Origin: a virus
Lineage: Duplodnaviria; Caudoviricetes
Virus record (IMG/VR): IMGVR_UViG_3300024348_000028
Coordinates: 1,844 to 65,843 of that record
Strand: one strand, 5' to 3'
DNA: 64,000 nucleotides
The notes beneath the pieces were generated by a model that was not told where the DNA came from, made no database searches, and saw nothing but the letters and a program-made list of their open reading frames with translations. Below, one piece after another: positions 60,048 through 64,000 of the stretch (position 1 is the stretch's first letter; each line of letters starts with the position of its first letter). Both the position numbers and the translations under genes were made by a program.

Positions 60048-61744
60048 TAATGTGTTTCACTCCAGTTAGAGCCAATAGAATAGTTTGCATCAATCCGTAT
60101 CTTAAGGCCCAACTTTTCGCCAGCCTCTGTAGCAGCTAGAGTTACGATCTTACCTACTTCATCAGCAATAGTTTTACTACATGAATATTGTAGTTCGTCG
60201 TGAACATAAGCAACTTGATAAACTTGATTACCAAACTTTTTCTTTAAATTAACATAGGCAATGCACATCCATAGTTTACTGACGATAGCACCTGAACCCT
60301 GTAGAAGTGTGTTTAGTGCAGCGTGTTCTGATCTTACTGGAACAGTACGACCATCTGGTAACTGTACACCCTTAGTCTTTGCTACAGAAAACTTTACTTC
60401 TTGTTGTACCTTGTCAAGAGCAGGAATTTCTTTTTGGAATTTAGATCTAATCTGACTACCAGCATTTCTATTACCACCAATAATTTTTCCTAGCTTTTCA
60501 TCTCCAGCTCCATAGCAATATGCATAGATAAAGGTCTTGGCAGCATCTCTGTTAGGAAGTCCTGCTGCTTTTTGATTATAGGTATGAATATCATCGTTTA
60601 AGATTTTATCACCATACTTACCGTTGTCATACTTTGCCATGAAATGAGATAGCATTCTCAATTCAAGACCTTGCAAGTCAGCACCAACTAGAACATGATC
60701 CTTTTGTACGGGGCAGAATAAAGCCCTAGCACGGGGATCTTTGCTAACCTGTGCCATGTTGGGTTGGCTGTGTGTGCAACGCCCTGTGGCGGCTCCCTGT
60801 GCGTTTACAAGCCCGTGAATCCGTCCATCCCTAGAGTGATGAGATCGTGTGTTCCAATCTTCTACTTGACCCATTAATTTAATACAATCAAAGTATTGAA
60901 CTAGTTTCTTTGCTTCAGGAAAGTCAAGCTTTGACAAAACTGCTTCATCAACCTTTGGATTTCCTTTGTCTGTGAGGGGTGCTTCCCATCCATACTTTTC
61001 AAATAGTCTACTTGCAATTTGCTGACGAGAACCGGGATTAAAAATTTCAATTTTATCTTTGAGGCGTTTATTTGTTTTTTGTGAATAACGCTCAATAATC
61101 TTGTCTGGAAAGATTTGACGCATCTCGTCTTCAATCTTAGCCCTTTCAATTAAGAGTTCACCAATTAGTTTATCACCAGCACTTGAGTTAAAACCAATAC
61201 CGGAAGTAGTTTGCTCTGCAAGAATCTTTGATACCAGATGCTCAAACTTAACTACACGGTCTGGAACCTTGCAATGGATTTGTTGATAGCGAAAGATATC
61301 TGCGGTAAGCATAACATCTTGCACACAGTAAGTTAACATTTCTTCTGAGAATGTTTCCCATCCACCTTGGTAATCAATCTTATCATTCTTGAGGAACTTG
61401 CCCCAAGACTGTAGAGAGTTATCTCCAAGCGGGTGGTCATTAATATCTGGATACATTAACTTTGATATGATGAGCGTGTCGTGATACTTAGTACACTTGA
61501 AGTCACCAACAATCTTACGAACAGCAGAAATATCAAAGAAAATATTATGGCCGATTATAATTGTTGCTTTATCTAAAAGACTTAGTAGGGCCATGATATT
61601 ATCTTTAGTAAACTTATAAGTAGTACCTGAATCAAGATCATGTGCTACGGCACAATGGATAGTGTCAGCTTCTTTGATGATCTTGTTACCATCAAGAGAA
61701 ACTTCATTCAAACCGTTTGCCTCAACATCAAGTACTAGTCTCAT
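60047..61744 (-). CDS. family A DNA polymerase with 3'-5' exonuclease (T7 gp5-like)
   Basis: DVEANG, GHNIFFD, YCVQDV, TGRCTH, DLQGLELR, RDAAKTFIYAYCYG, VHDE. Confidence 0.96.
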   Translation of the reverse strand: MRLVLDVEANGLNEVSLDGNKIIKEADTIHCAVAHDLDSGTTYKFTKDNIMALLSLLDKATIIIGHNIFFDISAVRKIVGDFKCTKYHDTLIISKLMYPDINDHPLGDNSLQSWGKFLKNDKIDYQGGWETFSEEMLTYCVQDVMLTADIFRYQQIHCKVPDRVVKFEHLVSKILAEQTTSGIGFNSSAGDKLIGELLIERAKIEDEMRQIFPDKIIERYSQKTNKRLKDKIEIFNPGSRQQIASRLFEKYGWEAPLTDKGNPKVDEAVLSKLDFPEAKKLVQYFDCIKLMGQVEDWNTRSHHSRDGRIHGLVNAQGAATGRCTHSQPNMAQVSKDPRARALFCPVQKDHVLVGADLQGLELRMLSHFMAKYDNGKYGDKILNDDIHTYNQKAAGLPNRDAAKTFIYAYCYGAGDEKLGKIIGGNRNAGSQIRSKFQKEIPALDKVQQEVKFSVAKTKGVQLPDGRTVPVRSEHAALNTLLQGSGAIVSKLWMCIAYVNLKKKFGNQVYQVAYVHDELQYSCSKTIADEVGKIVTLAATEAGEKLGLKIRIDANYSIGSNWSETH

Positions 61745-61754
61745 AGTATACTCC

Positions 61755-62810
61755 TTATTCAAAGAAATCGTTAAGCTGTCTGTTAACTCTTACGAATGTA
61801 GTTCTTTTTGGTAGATCCTTTAGTTTATCTGCGCCAACATAAGTACAGGCAGAACGAACACCACCAAGAATTGATTGCATTGTTTCTGAAACAGGGCCAG
61901 TATATGGTACATTGACAGTCTTACCTTCAGATGCTCTATAAGTAGCTACGCCACCAGAATACTTACCCATAGCAGTATCTGATGACATACCATAAAACTG
62001 TCTTGCAACTGGATTACCAGAATCATCAAACACAGTAGTACCACCAGCTTCATCACAACCAGCAAACATACCACCAACCATTACAAAATCTGCACCCGCT
62101 CCAAATGCCTTGGCAACATCTCCCGGACAAGTGCAACCACCATCCGATAGAACATAGCCATTGAGTCCGTGTGCGGCATCAGCACATTCTATGATACACG
62201 ACAGTTGCGGATAGCCAACACCAGCAACCTTTCTAGTTGTACATACTGAACCGGGACCAATACCAATCTTGATGATATTAGCACCAGCCAATAGTAAAGC
62301 CTCAGTCATTTCACGGGATACAACATTACCAGCAATAATTGCTTGATTAGGAAATAAACCTCTTACTGTTGAAACATACTTAACAAACTTTTCTGTATAT
62401 CCATTAGCAACATCAATACAGATAAATCTAATACTTGGATAAAGATTAATAATTTGTTGTGCCTTGTCGATTTCAGCAAAGTTATCCTTCCCCATGCCCA
62501 TAGTATAGATAATATTATTAGATAGATTACCAGCAAGAACATTTGCATCCTTCCATTCATTTACAGTATAATATTTATGTAGTGCCGTTAATGCATTAAA
62601 TCCTGCTAGTTCTTGTGCGACATCCCAATTACCAACAGTATCCATATTACTGGCTACAATTGGAGTACCAGACCATTGCATAAGTCCATTAGGTAGACTA
62701 AACTTAAAGGTTCTAGTCATTGATACTTCGCTTCGACTATTGAGAGTTGATCTCTTTGGTCGAATAAGTACATCTCTAAAATCAAGCTTAATATCTTCTT
62801 CTACTTTCAT
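61755..62810 (-). CDS. guaC: GMP reductase (long, E. coli-type)
   Basis: KLDFRDVLIRPKRSTL.SRSEV, CIDVANGY, GIGPGSVCTTR, FYGMSS, YRASEGK, LGGVRSACTYVGA; no CBS domains. Confidence 0.93.
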   Translation of the reverse strand: MKVEEDIKLDFRDVLIRPKRSTLNSRSEVSMTRTFKFSLPNGLMQWSGTPIVASNMDTVGNWDVAQELAGFNALTALHKYYTVNEWKDANVLAGNLSNNIIYTMGMGKDNFAEIDKAQQIINLYPSIRFICIDVANGYTEKFVKYVSTVRGLFPNQAIIAGNVVSREMTEALLLAGANIIKIGIGPGSVCTTRKVAGVGYPQLSCIIECADAAHGLNGYVLSDGGCTCPGDVAKAFGAGADFVMVGGMFAGCDEAGGTTVFDDSGNPVARQFYGMSSDTAMGKYSGGVATYRASEGKTVNVPYTGPVSETMQSILGGVRSACTYVGADKLKDLPKRTTFVRVNRQLNDFFE

Positions 62811-63850
62811 ACAAACTCCTTTGGAATTGATTCAGGATCGTTAGAAAAACTAATAAGGGATTCATCCATCCAACAAGTATTTACAAGATAACCAATAATG
62901 TGTTGCTTCATGTCTGCATATGAGCTGAATGAAACAATTTCTCTATTGTGCTTTATCTTAAAAATACCACATTGTTCTAGTACATCACCTTTATTAATAA
63001 TTACTTTAGTTGTTCCACTTAGATCAATAGCCTTCATTAAGGCATCTAAATCTAAGAAGTCAACCTTTCTCTTACGGCCAGTCGTTGTGCCGTATTCCTT
63101 ACCAGTAGCCCCAATTATTCCTCTCTCTGGGCATTCCAATAATGAGTTAGGGAATCGTGGATCTTCACCACTACGGGTATCGTATGCTTTAGCAACTCCA
63201 ATGACTTCACCAATTTCTCTGTGAGAGAAACCTAGAGAGCAAGCAGCATATGGAAGAGTTTCTGAACTTGTTGTAAATGGTGGAGTACCCTGATTCATAT
63301 CTAACCACATACCCTGAGCACCTTCACACAAGATATGTGATCTACTCTTGAAATGCATATTCCACAGTAAATCTGTAGTATTAGACGAAGCATAGGAATA
63401 GTACTCCTTAGCTAGCAAACCCTTTCGTAAAGCTCGGTCTGCATAGCAAGGAGCAATACCACAACCAGTTGTTCCCAACTTAGCTGCTAGGAATTGTTGA
63501 TCATATCTAATATGTTCTTGAGTAATAATATTAGCATGAGGATGAATCTTAAGATACTTCCGTGGATTAAATCCATTCTCTTCCATATACTTAATTTCTT
63601 CATTAAGTTTGATTGGATCTACAACACAGTTGGGTCCAATAATAGAAGTAACATCATGGAATACACCACTAGGAATCTGGTGGGTCTTATACTTTTTACC
63701 ATTTAGATAAACGGTATGTCCAGCATTTGGACCACCATTCCATCTACATACATAGTTGTATCTCTTCTTACGACTAAGAATACCAGATACAACCTTACCC
63801 TTACCTTCATCACCCCACGCCAATCCAAATACAATATCAGCTGTTAACAT
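62807..63850 (-). CDS. purA: adenylosuccinate synthetase (short form)
   Basis: WGDEGKGK, GGPNAGHT, GTTGCGI.P.Y.D, EGAQG, GTTTGRKR, NKGD. Confidence 0.92.
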   Translation of the reverse strand: MLTADIVFGLAWGDEGKGKVVSGILSRKKRYNYVCRWNGGPNAGHTVYLNGKKYKTHQIPSGVFHDVTSIIGPNCVVDPIKLNEEIKYMEENGFNPRKYLKIHPHANIITQEHIRYDQQFLAAKLGTTGCGIAPCYADRALRKGLLAKEYYSYASSNTTDLLWNMHFKSRSHILCEGAQGMWLDMNQGTPPFTTSSETLPYAACSLGFSHREIGEVIGVAKAYDTRSGEDPRFPNSLLECPERGIIGATGKEYGTTTGRKRKVDFLDLDALMKAIDLSGTTKVIINKGDVLEQCGIFKIKHNREIVSFSSYADMKQHIIGYLVNTCWMDESLISFSNDPESIPKEFV

Positions 63851-64000
63851 CAGTAGTTCCTTCTGCTGGATTATAAATAACTTGACCACCATCGTCAATT
63901 GCAAAACCAACTTCTTTCATTCTACCAGTCTTACGATCATAGAATAGTGCAGTAGCAATACCAGCGCGACCAGTTAGACGATTCTTGAGTACACGAATTA
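63837..64000 (-). CDS. C-terminus of T7 gp4-like primase/helicase (partial)
   Basis: manual translation IRVLKNRLTGRAGIATALFYDRKTGRMKE...; KNR.TG motif of DnaB-type helicases. Confidence 0.85.
   Translation of the reverse strand, partial: IRVLKNRLTGRAGIATALFYDRKTGRMKEVGFAIDDGGQVIYNPAEGTTDVNS

Noticed and set aside
61755-62810. IMP dehydrogenase (GuaB)
   Set aside because: Shares GPGSVCTTR, but the N-terminal RPKRSTL.SR, FYGMSS and YRASEGK signatures are GuaC-type and CBS domains are absent
62807-63850. PurZ / 2-aminoadenine (Z-genome) pathway
   Set aside because: The enzyme keeps the PurA catalytic Asp (GDEGKG, not GSxGKG), the TTTGRKR loop and the GTP-type KxD motif; no DatZ or MazZ is recognisable in the window
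1-64000. Prophage/integration module or alternative genetic code
   Set aside because: No integrase, repressor or host flanks; genes are full length in the standard code and there is no suppressor tRNA

Overview
This window is most of a circularly permuted, AT-rich, T7-like (Autographiviridae-type) podophage genome, with essentially all genes on the minus strand. Read in gene order, the probable left end is a GC-rich ~1.4 kb block near 15.5 kb. It is followed by structured non-coding DNA, small early ORFs, five tRNAs, a perfect sigma70 promoter and a single-subunit RNA polymerase. The DNA metabolism module (SSB, RusA, ThyX, deaminase) wraps around the window edge to the primase/helicase C-terminus, PurA, GuaC, DNA polymerase A, dNMP kinase, exonuclease, dUTPase and class II RNR. 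The morphogenesis module comprises a portal split by a frameshift, scaffold, capsid, tail tubes, fibres, terminase and internal virion proteins, and ends in a 3542-aa giant ORF and tRNA-Asn. Main highlights: (1) the giant, probably injected protein carries an embedded ECF-type sigma factor (sigma2+sigma4) downstream of an HExxH zincin; (2) an apparent G/C-to-A/T nucleotide conversion set (GuaC+PurA, deaminase+ThyX) with tRNAs for A-ending codons, including a rare Ile(UAU); (3) tRNA-like and repeated-hairpin non-coding elements. All calls come from motif recognition by eye; no database searches were run.
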